This document shows, piece after piece, positions 42,193-52,896 of a stretch of 64,000 nucleotides of DNA (within the stretch, counting starts at the first letter, position 1; each line of letters begins with the position of its first letter). The notes beneath the pieces were generated by a model that was given only the letters and a program-made list of their open reading frames with translations, was not told the DNA's origin and did no database searches. This DNA is from Nitrospirota bacterium (GTDB taxonomy: Bacteria > Nitrospirota > UBA9217), in contig CAWJQQ010000008.1 of the NCBI GenBank assembly GCA_963845065.1, positions 480,001-544,000 on the forward strand, read 5' to 3'. The translations under genes were made by a program, and so were the position numbers.

Positions 42193-43605
42193 TTAAGGAT
42201 TCGTCAGAACCAATTCTGACATTTCATCGTCATCCAATTCGCGTTCTCTGCGAATAATCTTTTCTGCCGTATCTATTCCCGATTTAATTGCAACGTCCAT
42301 ATTATAATACCTGAACATACCGTTCCTGCCTGCAACATGCAGATTTTTAAATCTGCCGAGATAGTCATGTATAGCATCGAAATGGAGGCGGTATCCGATT
42401 TCAAACAGCGGATAGGCTTGTGGTACCCTCACCACAACACTGTCTATCACATCATGTTTTTTTATAAGCCCGAGACGATTCAGATTGTCGATAGTAAGAG
42501 TGGTAAGCTTTTCATCCTTTTCGTTCCATATTTCGTCACCCTGAAAACTGAAAAATTCCGCTACTATAATTGTCTTACCGGGGGGTGCCATTTTTGCACT
42601 CCAATTCGTGGGCTCATGGAGCCTGCCAAAGGGAATCTTCTGTTCAGGAATATATATCCATGTCTGGTCGGTGATCTTCTCCCGGTCGAGCATAATTGCC
42701 ACTACGACAAGATCTCTGAACTTGAGTTTTGAAGCCGCATCGAGAATGTCCTGAGGCGGGGAGGGGCGGAGCATCATGACCAGATTCGTCAGCGGCATAC
42801 TTGATATGAACTGTTCTCCCGTTATGTTGCCTAAATTCGGGTGGTTTTTGACTTCGATGCTCTTTATCATGAAGTTAGAATGATTAACGCTTACAACCTT
42901 CATGCCGGTATACACTTTATTGCGTCTTAGAATCTCTTCTCGAAGCCTGTCAGCTATGCGCCCGATACCCAACTGAGGATATAAAAATCTGTCCGCAAGT
43001 GTAAGTACTTTCCCTCCAGGGAATTTAAAAAAAGCGTTCCTGACTGCCTTTGCCAGTGACAAGCCTCGAATCCGCTGTGCAACCCACTCTGAGCTTATTC
43101 TGCTGCATTCAATACCCCATACTTTTTCGCTGTACTCCTTAAAGTAGATAGAGAACATCGTGCGTCCGAAATTACCGACCACCCAATCTTCGAGAGAAAC
43201 AAATTTTTTCTTTTTTACAAGTCTTTTAACTGTTTCGGCTCCATAATCGACCATAATTTGCACCGTGGTCGGCACACCCAGACCGAACAGCGCATTCAGT
43301 GGTTTCAAGGGATAATCGAAATATTTTCCGCGCAAATAGATCTTGCTGCTGCGTCGAACTGAAATCAGTTCTTCAGGCATCAGGTTTCGTACAAACGCAT
43401 CAATGGCCGTATCCTGCGTGACAAACCGGTGGCCGCCTAGATCAAAACGAAATTCTCCTTTCACGATCGTCCTTGAGAGGCCGCCCACAGCATGATCTCG
43501 TTCGAAAACTCTGACGCTGCGTCCTGCGTTTGTCAAGACATAGCCTGCAGAAAGTCCCGCAAGGCCACCGCCAAGTATGATGATTTCATTGCCGTCATTA
43601 ACCAT
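42193..43605 (-). CDS. FAD-dependent oxidoreductase (protoporphyrinogen oxidase/UDP-galactopyranose mutase-like)
   Basis: GGGLAGL, GGLSRT, DLGGHRF, EKVWG, GRNGMFRYYNMD. Confidence 0.88.
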   Translation of the reverse strand: MVNDGNEIIILGGGLAGLSAGYVLTNAGRSVRVFERDHAVGGLSRTIVKGEFRFDLGGHRFVTQDTAIDAFVRNLMPEELISVRRSSKIYLRGKYFDYPLKPLNALFGLGVPTTVQIMVDYGAETVKRLVKKKKFVSLEDWVVGNFGRTMFSIYFKEYSEKVWGIECSRISSEWVAQRIRGLSLAKAVRNAFFKFPGGKVLTLADRFLYPQLGIGRIADRLREEILRRNKVYTGMKVVSVNHSNFMIKSIEVKNHPNLGNITGEQFISSMPLTNLVMMLRPSPPQDILDAASKLKFRDLVVVAIMLDREKITDQTWIYIPEQKIPFGRLHEPTNWSAKMAPPGKTIIVAEFFSFQGDEIWNEKDEKLTTLTIDNLNRLGLIKKHDVIDSVVVRVPQAYPLFEIGYRLHFDAIHDYLGRFKNLHVAGRNGMFRYYNMDVAIKSGIDTAEKIIRRERELDDDEMSELVLTNP

Positions 43606-44170
43606 TTTTATTCCTATTACATGTTGCTGCTACCACCAGATGACAGGGAGTTTTAAAAATTGTTTTCAAGAGAAAATCATTTCATCAGGGTTCTATTGAT
43701 CGAATTGATGTCGTCCTGGGAAATTAATCGCCTAAGTGTTCAGGAGCACTGACATTACAGCATCATCCTCCTCATGTTTTCATGCATCGATGCGTAGCCA
43801 GCGAGTCGCGCTTTAAACGTATTATGATTATAACTGCCTTTCCCTCAGACTGCATAGGAATTTATTCGACCTAATGTCCAATCTAAGCGGAAAGAAGACA
43901 TGAAGATGCATCCCCGGGATGTTTAATCACTGCTTCCTCTCGAGAAGATTATTTACTCGTCAATATATTGTACTCAATTAATAAAAGAGTCGCTTCAGGG
44001 TTAAGTGTGGGAACCCCTAATATATTGATATAGGCAGTTTTCGCGCTAAAAGGATAACTGCCCGATAATGCGAGGCTTTCTACCTTAACTGCCAGGATTT
44101 ATGCTTTTCCCCAACGCTGCGTTTTGGTGCTTCCCACACTCGTTCCGGAAGGACCATAAAAGAATTAACA

Positions 44171-45865
44171 TCAATAATAAAATTGTTTTGTATATATTTC
44201 CACATTAGTTTTATATTGAAATGGATCGGAAAAAGTTTCAAATCTCTTCAATAGCCGATAACCTTCCATCCTTTGTTTAAGATACTGTGGAAGAACGTTA
44301 GACGCCTCGCCCGATATGATTACTATGGGTGTGTTATTTTGTTGAACATGGTTTTCTGTGTAATACTTTGGGTTTTTATACTCCCAGGTAAATCTCAATT
44401 CCCATGTTTCAATATTATTTGGCGGTGGAAAAAACTCTGAATGATATTGATATAATATCCTCGTTTTCGTGAATAGGTCAAGGAGAGGTACCGCTACTGA
44501 AGGATTAACTAAAGAACCTTTGAACGGCAGTGTAAAAACCTCAACGGTTTTTATCCCACTGGCATCGAGATACTCGCCGGTCTCCTTTAAACTTTCAGCA
44601 CTCGTTTTCCACGCAAAAGGGAGGTAGGCAAATATGGCTATAGTGAGTGAAGAGAGCGCGATTGCGAAGACGATAAATCTTCTTAATGTTCTTTCTTCAA
44701 TTTTCTGAAGTCCATAGGCGGCCATCAGGGCGAGCATTGGCAGTACTGGTAGTATATATCTAATCCTCTTGATCTCGAATACGAAGACGAGGACTACCAG
44801 CCAGCCTATTATCATATAGTTCAAATCTCTTTTTTTGAAAGCGGCAAAAATGGAGTAAGCCGCTGCGAGCGTAATAAACGGATGGATCTGGTAAAAAAAG
44901 ATCGAAACAAAACTTTCTCCCCATCTTCCTAACCCCGGCTTCTGATAACTTAACAATAGCCGGATTTGTTCGGAGATCACTTCAAATTTCAATATTACTA
45001 GGACGCCAATTAGAGAACCAGATAATAAAATGACCGCAAAGGACCTGCGAAAAGTTGCTTTCGACTCTTTCTTCAAGTAGACCAGAAAAATGATACTTAA
45101 CACAGAAAGCATTATCCACGTTGAATACTTGGAAAAGAAGGTAAAAAAAAGGGCAAAAGAGGCAAACATTATCATCGGGACCCCGCCCTGATCCAGCGCT
45201 TTCATGAAAGTAAAGATCGACAAGGTGAGAAAGAACATCGTTGGCACATCAACGAGCATAAGCGGCACCTGGGTAAGTAGGAACGGCATGCCGAGGAGGA
45301 GCATCCCCGCAGAAAAACCGATCTCTTCGTTCCAGAGTGCCTTTCCTATGAGATAGGTAAGGACAAGGGTTCCCGAGAATAAAAGGGTCGTGAATGCTTG
45401 GATGGCAATCCTATTTTCCCCGAAACACTTAAGCGTAAGGCCATAGAGAAAAGGGATTGCGGGCAGATCCGTCCATGCTGTAATATCTTTACCCCATTCC
45501 CGTATGAAATATTCGATCCCATAAATCTCAAGGTGCTTAGCCTGAGTAAAATACCGCGAGGCATCCATGATCAGTTCAGGTTCTGTCCAGAAAATCGAAG
45601 TCGTAACAAACGAGAAAAGAAAAAGGAAGACGATGGGGCCGCGCTCAAAGAGTGAAACCCTGGCAAGCGCATACGCTGAAATAATGCCAAGAATGAGAAG
45701 AAGGAAAATGGTGGATGCGTTACCACCTGAAAAAACCCAATGCCATTTGAAAAGTCGATTATCGTCTGCGGAACGAAAGACAAAAAGCGCTAGAAAGGTA
45801 AGAAGAACCGCAAGTGCAGTGAGAATTGCATTGTCGATCTTCTTAAATCTGTCCAGGTTTAACAT
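44171..45865 (-). CDS. ArnT/GT39-like membrane glycosyltransferase
   Basis: Polytopic; DASRY, MLVDVP, FSKY, RYILP. Confidence 0.8.
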   Translation of the reverse strand: MLNLDRFKKIDNAILTALAVLLTFLALFVFRSADDNRLFKWHWVFSGGNASTIFLLLILGIISAYALARVSLFERGPIVFLFLFSFVTTSIFWTEPELIMDASRYFTQAKHLEIYGIEYFIREWGKDITAWTDLPAIPFLYGLTLKCFGENRIAIQAFTTLLFSGTLVLTYLIGKALWNEEIGFSAGMLLLGMPFLLTQVPLMLVDVPTMFFLTLSIFTFMKALDQGGVPMIMFASFALFFTFFSKYSTWIMLSVLSIIFLVYLKKESKATFRRSFAVILLSGSLIGVLVILKFEVISEQIRLLLSYQKPGLGRWGESFVSIFFYQIHPFITLAAAYSIFAAFKKRDLNYMIIGWLVVLVFVFEIKRIRYILPVLPMLALMAAYGLQKIEERTLRRFIVFAIALSSLTIAIFAYLPFAWKTSAESLKETGEYLDASGIKTVEVFTLPFKGSLVNPSVAVPLLDLFTKTRILYQYHSEFFPPPNNIETWELRFTWEYKNPKYYTENHVQQNNTPIVIISGEASNVLPQYLKQRMEGYRLLKRFETFSDPFQYKTNVEIYTKQFYY

Positions 45866-46014
45866 TATTGGTCAACCAAGGAAAGGCCAGCATAGATAGC
45901 AATAAAACAATATTGCATTGTCTCTGGCTCGCATCCCTTCGGTCCGAGAAAACCATAGGAAACACTTTGGTTGTGAGGCTCATGATGTCCTTGGCCCAGA
46001 CCACGATGTAAGTG

Positions 46015-46367
46015 TCGAAACGAACAACATCAATGTCGGTTTTGTTGAATTTGACAAATATGCTACATGATATAAATGACTTTGTCAAAAGGATTAAGAA
46101 TGCTGTTGTAGACAAGAATCTTCTTGGACATGAACTGCACGAACGAATATTAGCGAACAAGGAGATGAATCGTTCATCTACTCCATATCGCACGACCTCA
46201 TGGCGCCGATCCGTGTCATGTCCTGGTTCGCAAAAATTATAAACGAGGACTACACAGGGAAGCTAGATGCTTAGGGGGTGGACTATCTGGACCGCATACT
46301 CAGAGGTTCGGAGAAATCGATCCGCCTTATTGACGACCTCTTATATCTTTCAAGGATTTCCCGAGAA
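46015..46367 (+). pseudogene. Fragment duplicate of the sensor kinase at 62479-63999
   Basis: Close copy of 63191-63543 with frameshifts and CAG changed to TAG. Confidence 0.88.
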
Positions 46368-46409
46368 CCCAAGAACAGCGATAGAAAATGGACAGGCTCT
46401 CATGAAGCA

Positions 46410-46710
46410 TCTACTACCGGTTTTTTGAACTCGCTCGCCCTGTCCAACTTCACAATAACCTCAAAGAGCAACCCTGCTTCACTTTGCAGGGTTTATTTTT
46501 TCTCAAATACCCGAATGAGGGCGCACTGACCCTGTGATGCTTACTTGCTCCTGACTCTTGTGCACGCTATGGTGCCAGATTACCTCATAACAGGCATGCC
46601 TGATGTGCTGAAACAACCCAAACTTCTCATTATCTACCGCCAGTTTGAGGATGACTCGTCCCGCAAACAGGTCCTGCTGCTTCCTCGGCTCGCGCTTTTT
46701 TCTGCCTAAG
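46410..46710 (-). pseudogene. Decayed hypothetical gene (..QHIRHACYEV..HSVHKSQEQ..CALIRVFEK..LLFEVIVKL..KTG)
   Basis: Protein-like fragments across frameshifts and stops, downstream of a TTGACA promoter-like motif. Confidence 0.4.
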
Positions 46711-47671
46711 TTTGGCCTTATCGAGAACTACTAATATACAAACACCGATATGAAGATTTGTCAATTTTTCGAATGGGTATTTTCAGGGTATATGCTTTTA
46801 AATATTGCTTGATAATTCAAGTGTTGCCAAGAATGGAAACTACAAAATAAAAGAAGGCTTTGAGGTGTGAGCTAACAACTTCTAGATGAAAAATACAATT
46901 TCCAGCACATGCAGCTGTTGTTTAGCATATAGCGTTATGTAAAAACTTCAAACGGAATTTTTCGTTTTTTTTGTGGTCATAACTCTCCGCGCTTCACCAA
47001 CAAACATGCAGCCGTGTTGATTAAAAATCATTGCAGAATACAGCTTAAAAATTGCATAACGATGGGGTGAACCGCTGACCCAAGCGAGAATGGCTCGACA
47101 ACCTCCACATGATAACAAAACAATGCTTAAAACACAGCATAGCTATAAATTAAAAACCACAGTATTTTTGTAAGGGATTTTCATTGCAGCCCCCCCTTTA
47201 AAAAGTCATTGAGTAGGCTTCGGCATTATATAAAAAATACATGTCCCATAGAAAAGTCAAATTTAACCAGTTGATTTAATTCGATCAACATCCAAACATT
47301 CTTGAGGACTTTTCGGTCAATTCCTATGACACTTATCCGCAGTGCCGTAGCGATCAAGAAAATGGCTAACTCATTTATGTGTTCACATAATTAAATCATA
47401 TTAGCACAGTAAAAATATGCTGCAATCAGGGGAACCCTGTTTTTTCGTTTCGATTTCCCTGATTCCGCGGCACTCAAGGCATTCTTCTTCAAGGACGACA
47501 AGATGGGGCGCTCTAGAATCAAATTCGGAGCGAAACATGAGGCATTCGAAAAAAGGCGTAGACAAATACGACAGGAAGACCATCGCACACAGTGTTTCTA
47601 CCGGCAATTCTTAATTGTCAGCACACATAGGATACTCAGCAATGCACTCTGAGCCAATGCCCCAAAAAGGC

Positions 47672-48511
47672 TTATTTAATTTCAAAGGATATTCCCGCAT
47701 TCGCAAAAAAGAAATGTTCCTTTAGGACGGCATGCAGCAGTGATGCCTTCACTAATCCGGTGCAATGTGCTACACCGAAATGTTCAATACGATATTTATC
47801 AATTATCTTTAATGTTTCTTTAAATTGCTCTTCACTTGAAAAATTTAAGTGCGTACCGCCAATGACAGCATAAATGGTATCTTTTTTCAGCATTTTAACG
47901 ATATAGTCAAGTATGTTTATCATTCCAGCATGCGCACAGCCGAAGACAATGACCAATCCTTTGTCAGTATCGATAACGAGGGAAAGATCATCTTTCAGCG
48001 GGTCCAGTTTGCTTATTGTACTGTTTTCATTGCGGACAAACATGTTCCTGTCGCCCTTCTCAAATGTACTCATTCGAGGAATTTCACCGGTAACGTATAC
48101 ATTCTTCCCTACATCGATCATTTGGGTGTTAAACTTGAATTCTGCGCCAAGCGATTCCAGATAGATCCTCGCGAAGGGGATTCCTACGTATTTAAGGGTC
48201 CCGTCTCTCTCCCAAAAGCGCTCCGTAAAAATATCCGGATGCGCGAAAACAGTTTTTCGTCCGGTTAGTTGCAGCACCTGTGCCAACCCTCCGGTGTGAT
48301 CATAATGTCCATGGCTGATGATGATCGAATCAACTGCGGCCAGGTCCTTTTTCAGAACCGTCGCATTGTTGATAATTCCCAGTCCCTGTCCGGTGTCGAA
48401 CAGATAATTCCCATGTTCGGTCTCTATGTAGCACGCAAAGCCGTGCTCTCCTATAATCGAAAACGGGACCGCGACAGAATTTTCACACAATATTGTGAGC
48501 CTAGCTTTCAT
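47672..48511 (-). CDS. MBL-fold metallo-hydrolase
   Basis: EHGF, LFDTG, SHGHYDHTGG, GCAHAG, GGTHL, HCTG. Confidence 0.93.
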   Translation of the reverse strand: MKARLTILCENSVAVPFSIIGEHGFACYIETEHGNYLFDTGQGLGIINNATVLKKDLAAVDSIIISHGHYDHTGGLAQVLQLTGRKTVFAHPDIFTERFWERDGTLKYVGIPFARIYLESLGAEFKFNTQMIDVGKNVYVTGEIPRMSTFEKGDRNMFVRNENSTISKLDPLKDDLSLVIDTDKGLVIVFGCAHAGMINILDYIVKMLKKDTIYAVIGGTHLNFSSEEQFKETLKIIDKYRIEHFGVAHCTGLVKASLLHAVLKEHFFFANAGISFEIK

Positions 48512-48583
48512 ATATTTTCCTCTTTGATTCGGTTACGAGATCTATTCCCGTCTGACGGGCGTATCAATAAATTCACTTATGGG

Positions 48584-48781
48584 ACATAATGTCGCGATTA
48601 ATGCGGCAGCTAGGCCGTGGTCCGCAGGGCCATCGGTCTCGAGCTCCTGGTTCTCCTGGCGCTTTGCGCCGGATTAGGAGCTCACGGCTCAACTGCCGCA
48701 TTCTCATGGCGCGAAGCGCCAGGAGAACGACGCGGGTCACACGCCGCCTTCTGCGCGTCGCTATGGGCCCGGACGTTAGAT
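48584..48781 (-). repeat. attC-like GC-rich imperfect palindrome
   Basis: Minus strand ATCTAAC ... ATTATGT with complementary outer arms and nested inverted repeats. Confidence 0.5.
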
Positions 48782-48789
48782 TTTATTTT

Positions 48790-49065
48790 TTACGTTCGCC
48801 AACCATCCCAGTAATCCCAATTTTTTCTTTGCCGCGGGTTCCGATCTTCATTCGTCTGAAATATCTCTGCAATATCTTCTAATGAAAAAGGCAAATCCTT
48901 GAAACCTCTCATCGCAACAGGATACATGGAATTTGAATGAGGATGCCATGAATTACACGGCAATCAGACAGGCGAACAGATACTTGTGTTCCCACCGTTT
49001 GCAAACTCTTCCATTCGAGTGACTTTGTCGAACCTTTTTTCTGGAAGTGTATATTTGAATTGCAT
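48790..49065 (-). pseudogene. Gene-cassette-like ORF with one internal TGA
   Basis: 92 codons between GTTAGAT (49087-49081) and the complementary ATCTAAC (48781-48775). Confidence 0.4.
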
Positions 49066-49572
49066 TACATTTCGCCTTTGATCTAACAATCTATTGTGGA
49101 GCTTTCTGCATTATATCAAATTCTGTTTTCAGATGGCACATTATTCATGTCTGGTTGAATGGGAATCTCCAAATCATCAAAATCTTAAAATTTGCACAAC
49201 ATGTAAAAATTCATGTTTGAGGACGTTTGTCCAATTCCGCTGACACTTATCCATTGCGCTGTTTTCGAAATGAAGTCTACATTTTCTAAATGAGGCAACC
49301 AGTGTGGACTACAGGAAGGACTCTTGACTAAATATTTTATCCAGTATCCTTCGCGTTATTTGTAGAATAACGGACCTAATAGTCACCTACAATCTCGCAC
49401 ACGTGTTGACGATAAATCTATGCGGAATACGACTTAATAAGTGCATTTGAACGCTCGGCTAAGAAGCGCTTATTTGGAAGTCGTGCTTGAACTGCCACGT
49501 TGTCTCGTTGGTTGTGTTTTATCCAACTCGACCGACACCCAGAGCTCGAGTATCTCTTCTAAATTAAATGCC

Positions 49573-50556
49573 TCATTGGGTAAGTTTCGAGATGCCAACG
49601 TAATACAAATCAAAACCTCCTTTTCCTCCTGGTCGATTAGAGGAAAAGAACATCAGGTCGTTTGTAAAATTCGGCGCGTACACGACTTCCGGTCGGTATT
49701 CATCATAGGCTGTATTGATAGATGGGCCGAAATTAACTGGCGTAGCCCAGCCATCCAGTCCATGCGTCGAATACCATAGATCGAATCCTCCGTATCCGCC
49801 CGCGCGGTCGGATGTGAAAACCATGAGGTTGCCGTTTATAGAAGGACACTTGTCGTTGCCCGTCGAGTTCAAAACGTCCATGCGGGTGATCGTCGCTGTT
49901 GTTGCGGTCGCAAGCCACGTAGGGATGTCAGCGCCCTCAGGAATCTCCGCCCGATAGATATGAAAATTCCCTTCGCGATTCGAAGTGAAATAGAGCGCGT
50001 TGTCAGGTCCGAATGCTGGGTACGCATCGTCGTATGAGGAATTGAGCATGGTAGCCGGATGCGGCTGACCAGTCACGGGATCGGTGAAATAGATATCGAG
50101 ATTTCCCGTTTGATCGCTTGCGTAGAGGTAGATTTTTCTTCCATCCGGCAGATTCATGATATTCGGGCCGAGTTCGTTCGCCGGTGTGTTCAAATACGCC
50201 AGTTCGCTAGTCTGGGGATATCCACTCAAGTAAAAATACCCATCGTACTGGTCGAAGGATATTGACACCTGTACCCCGACGAAATCGAATGTTCCTCCAT
50301 GAGTTGCGCGATTCGACGAAAAGGATAAAGGGAAGGACATAGTTATCATCGGCGGCAGGGCCATGTTGTAATCATCGTATTCGCTGTTCGCATCAGAAAA
50401 ATTCGTTACGCCTGTTGGAAATGTTCCCTGTGTGAAGTTGATTACATAGGTTGGATCTATAGGCTGATTCGAGCCTGAAGAACAGGTGGAGAGGATAAGG
50501 CCAGCAGCGGCAGCTAGGAGTATTAAGAAGTAGTTGCTATTCGGGATATGTTTCAT
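49573..50556 (-). CDS. PD40/TolB-like beta-propeller lipoprotein
   Basis: Lipobox-like LSTC; YFTSNR, FTSDRAGGYGGFDLW and FSSNRPGGKGGFDLY repeats. Confidence 0.85.
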   Translation of the reverse strand: MKHIPNSNYFLILLAAAAGLILSTCSSGSNQPIDPTYVINFTQGTFPTGVTNFSDANSEYDDYNMALPPMITMSFPLSFSSNRATHGGTFDFVGVQVSISFDQYDGYFYLSGYPQTSELAYLNTPANELGPNIMNLPDGRKIYLYASDQTGNLDIYFTDPVTGQPHPATMLNSSYDDAYPAFGPDNALYFTSNREGNFHIYRAEIPEGADIPTWLATATTATITRMDVLNSTGNDKCPSINGNLMVFTSDRAGGYGGFDLWYSTHGLDGWATPVNFGPSINTAYDEYRPEVVYAPNFTNDLMFFSSNRPGGKGGFDLYYVGISKLTQ

Positions 50557-51037
50557 TTCACCCCCGCTTATACGTCATAGTTCACTTTACGAAATCTTGA
50601 GGAAGGTTTGAAATTTATCGGCATGTTATTGTACCTCGATAAAATTATAGCATGGTGTCCATGCTACAGTACGATAATCTGCGCTAGAATGCAATCAGGG
50701 ATTCCCTAATTTTGACTTCTGATTTTCCTGAAGCTGTCAGCGAATAAATGTCTGATATTGGGCGGGACAAATGGCGCTACGGGATAACGGCAGTGCGCCG
50801 AGGGAATAAATCTTAAATACTGAATGAAGTATTGACTGTTGCTATGAGTTGATACTCCAATGCTTCAGGATGTTAATCGCTGGATATTATGAATTAAATA
50901 ATTGAACATTTCAACCTGAATTATGGACCCAGGAGTAATGTTCTGCCCCCCCCGTAACATCCCACTTGACAATTTGATACAAAAAGCGTATAGTACGTTT
51001 AGAAAGTTCTAAACGAATCAAAATATAGGAGAGCGTC

Positions 51038-51415
51038 ATGAACCATATCGAACTTTGGCACTTCTTGACTGGTCTCGGGTTTTGCATATTTGTGACTATC
51101 TTAATTATTATGGTCATTCATCGAAGATTTCAGGTGATAATGGTCGATCTATGTGAAGGCGAAGCACGGGCACGATTCTGGACCCTGGCAATAGAGGCGT
51201 GGTTCTTTCTTTCCGGCATCACATCATCTCTCACCTGGCGTCCCGATGGTCTGGAAGAAAGGCAGTTGTTTCTAAGCAGCATCTGTCTGGTCAAAGCTGG
51301 CTTAAATGGAATGTCCAACTCCATCATCCTGTTTTCTGTAGGATTGATAGTTTTTGTTGTTATCCGCAAGTTCAAAGGCAAGGAAATTTCAGAACTACAG
51401 AAGGAGGTAGCATGA
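51038..51415 (+). CDS. Hypothetical membrane protein
   Basis: Three hydrophobic segments; DLC..RARFW; AGGAG RBS; overlaps the next ATG. Confidence 0.75.
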   Translation: MNHIELWHFLTGLGFCIFVTILIIMVIHRRFQVIMVDLCEGEARARFWTLAIEAWFFLSGITSSLTWRPDGLEERQLFLSSICLVKAGLNGMSNSIILFSVGLIVFVVIRKFKGKEISELQKEVA

Positions 51416-51936
51416 CGGACTCCGTTCATGAACTTCAGAATGGCACCATGGAAACCATGGGCAAGATTACGGCTTTTTGGGGATTCAGTAAGATCATGGG
51501 ACAGCTTTATGGCCTTCTCTACCTCTCGCCAAAACTTCTAACGCTTGATGAAATGGCCGAGAGTCTCTCTATCAGCAAAGGTAATGTGAGCATCAACATT
51601 CGCGCTTTGGAGCGATGGAACATGGTCCGGCAAGTCTGGGTTAAGGGAGATCGGAAAGATTTCTATGAGGCGGAAACCGATTTTTGGAAGATCATCCGGG
51701 GAGTGCTGAAAGAACGTGAAAAAAAGGAGTTCGATCAGGCACTCGGATCCATCGGTGGACTTCGGAAAAAGGGAGAAGAAGTTCACAAGAAGGTGAGGAG
51801 CGCAGAAACTGCATTTGCTGTCGAACGACTGAAAAAACTCGAAGATTTCATATCAACCATGGATCAGCTTGTCGGCATGATGATGACATTGGAAGACTTA
51901 AAGCATAACTTCCTCGGACTTCGGAAGAAAAAGTAA
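51412..51936 (+). CDS. GbsR/MarR-family transcriptional regulator
   Basis: FWGFSKIMGQLYGLLYL..LDEMAESL..SKGNVS..GDRKDFYEAE; GGAGG RBS before ATG 51412. Confidence 0.88.
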   Translation: MTDSVHELQNGTMETMGKITAFWGFSKIMGQLYGLLYLSPKLLTLDEMAESLSISKGNVSINIRALERWNMVRQVWVKGDRKDFYEAETDFWKIIRGVLKEREKKEFDQALGSIGGLRKKGEEVHKKVRSAETAFAVERLKKLEDFISTMDQLVGMMMTLEDLKHNFLGLRKKK

Positions 51937-51942
51937 TTCAAA

Positions 51943-52896
51943 ATGGAGGGTGAAATGGACTCCCGGGATATACACGTAGTTACAGGCGCATTCGGGTTCT
52001 CAGGGAAATATATAACAGAACGGCTTCTTTCCGCCGGACATGAAGTCCGAACACTGACAAATTCATTCAACCGCGAGAATCCTTTTAGTGGGCGCGTTAC
52101 CGCCTATCCCTATAATTTCGACGATCGGGAGAAGCTGATTGAATCGCTGAACGGTGCGTCTGTCTTGTACAATAATTATTGGGTACGATTTAATCACCGA
52201 AACTTCTCTTATGCACTGGCCGTAGAAAACAGTCTGAAACTATTCGATGCCGCGAAACACGCTGGTATCAAACGCATCGTGCATATTAGTATAACCAACC
52301 CTTCGCTTGACTCGCCGTTCGAATACTTCAGTGGGAAAGCCAAACTGGAAAAAGCGATCATTGAGTCTGGGATGTCATATGCTATACTGCGGCCTGCGGT
52401 GATTTTTGGCAAGGAAGATATCCTGATCAATAATATCGCCTGGTTTTTGAGAAGGTTTCCGGTCTTTGGCGTATTCGGCGATGGAAAGTATCGTCTCCAG
52501 CCAATTTTTGTCGATGATCTGGCAGAGTTGGCGGTAGAGCAAGGCCGAAAAACGGAAAACATTATTATTAATGCTATCGGACCTGAGACGTTTACCTATC
52601 GTGAACTGGCTGCAGAAATAGCAAAGGCAATCGGCAGACAAAGACCAATTATTCCCGTGCCTCCACTCAAGGGATTTATATTAGGCAAGTTTGTAGGCTT
52701 CTTCCATCATGATGTTACGATAACTTATGATGAGATCCGCGGACTCATGGCTGACCTACTGTACACAGATTCACCGCCTAGTGGAAAAACGAAGTTAACG
52801 GAGTGGTTGAAAGATAATTCGGCGTATATCGGCTTGCGCTATAGTAATGAGTTGAAGAGAAGATACAATGGGATAAAGCCCTATCGAACACTTTGA
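51943..52896 (+). CDS. NAD(P)-binding epimerase/SDR (NDUFA9-like)
   Basis: VTGAFGFSG, YFSGK, LRPAVIFG, QPIFVDD. Confidence 0.88.
   Translation: MEGEMDSRDIHVVTGAFGFSGKYITERLLSAGHEVRTLTNSFNRENPFSGRVTAYPYNFDDREKLIESLNGASVLYNNYWVRFNHRNFSYALAVENSLKLFDAAKHAGIKRIVHISITNPSLDSPFEYFSGKAKLEKAIIESGMSYAILRPAVIFGKEDILINNIAWFLRRFPVFGVFGDGKYRLQPIFVDDLAELAVEQGRKTENIIINAIGPETFTYRELAAEIAKAIGRQRPIIPVPPLKGFILGKFVGFFHHDVTITYDEIRGLMADLLYTDSPPSGKTKLTEWLKDNSAYIGLRYSNELKRRYNGIKPYRTL

Noticed and set aside
48964..48966. In-frame TGA in the cassette-like ORF as selenocysteine
   Set aside because: No redox motif or evident SECIS; decay is more likely
51199..51411. N-terminal extension of the GbsR ORF
   Set aside because: Overlaps the upstream gene; strong RBS supports ATG 51412
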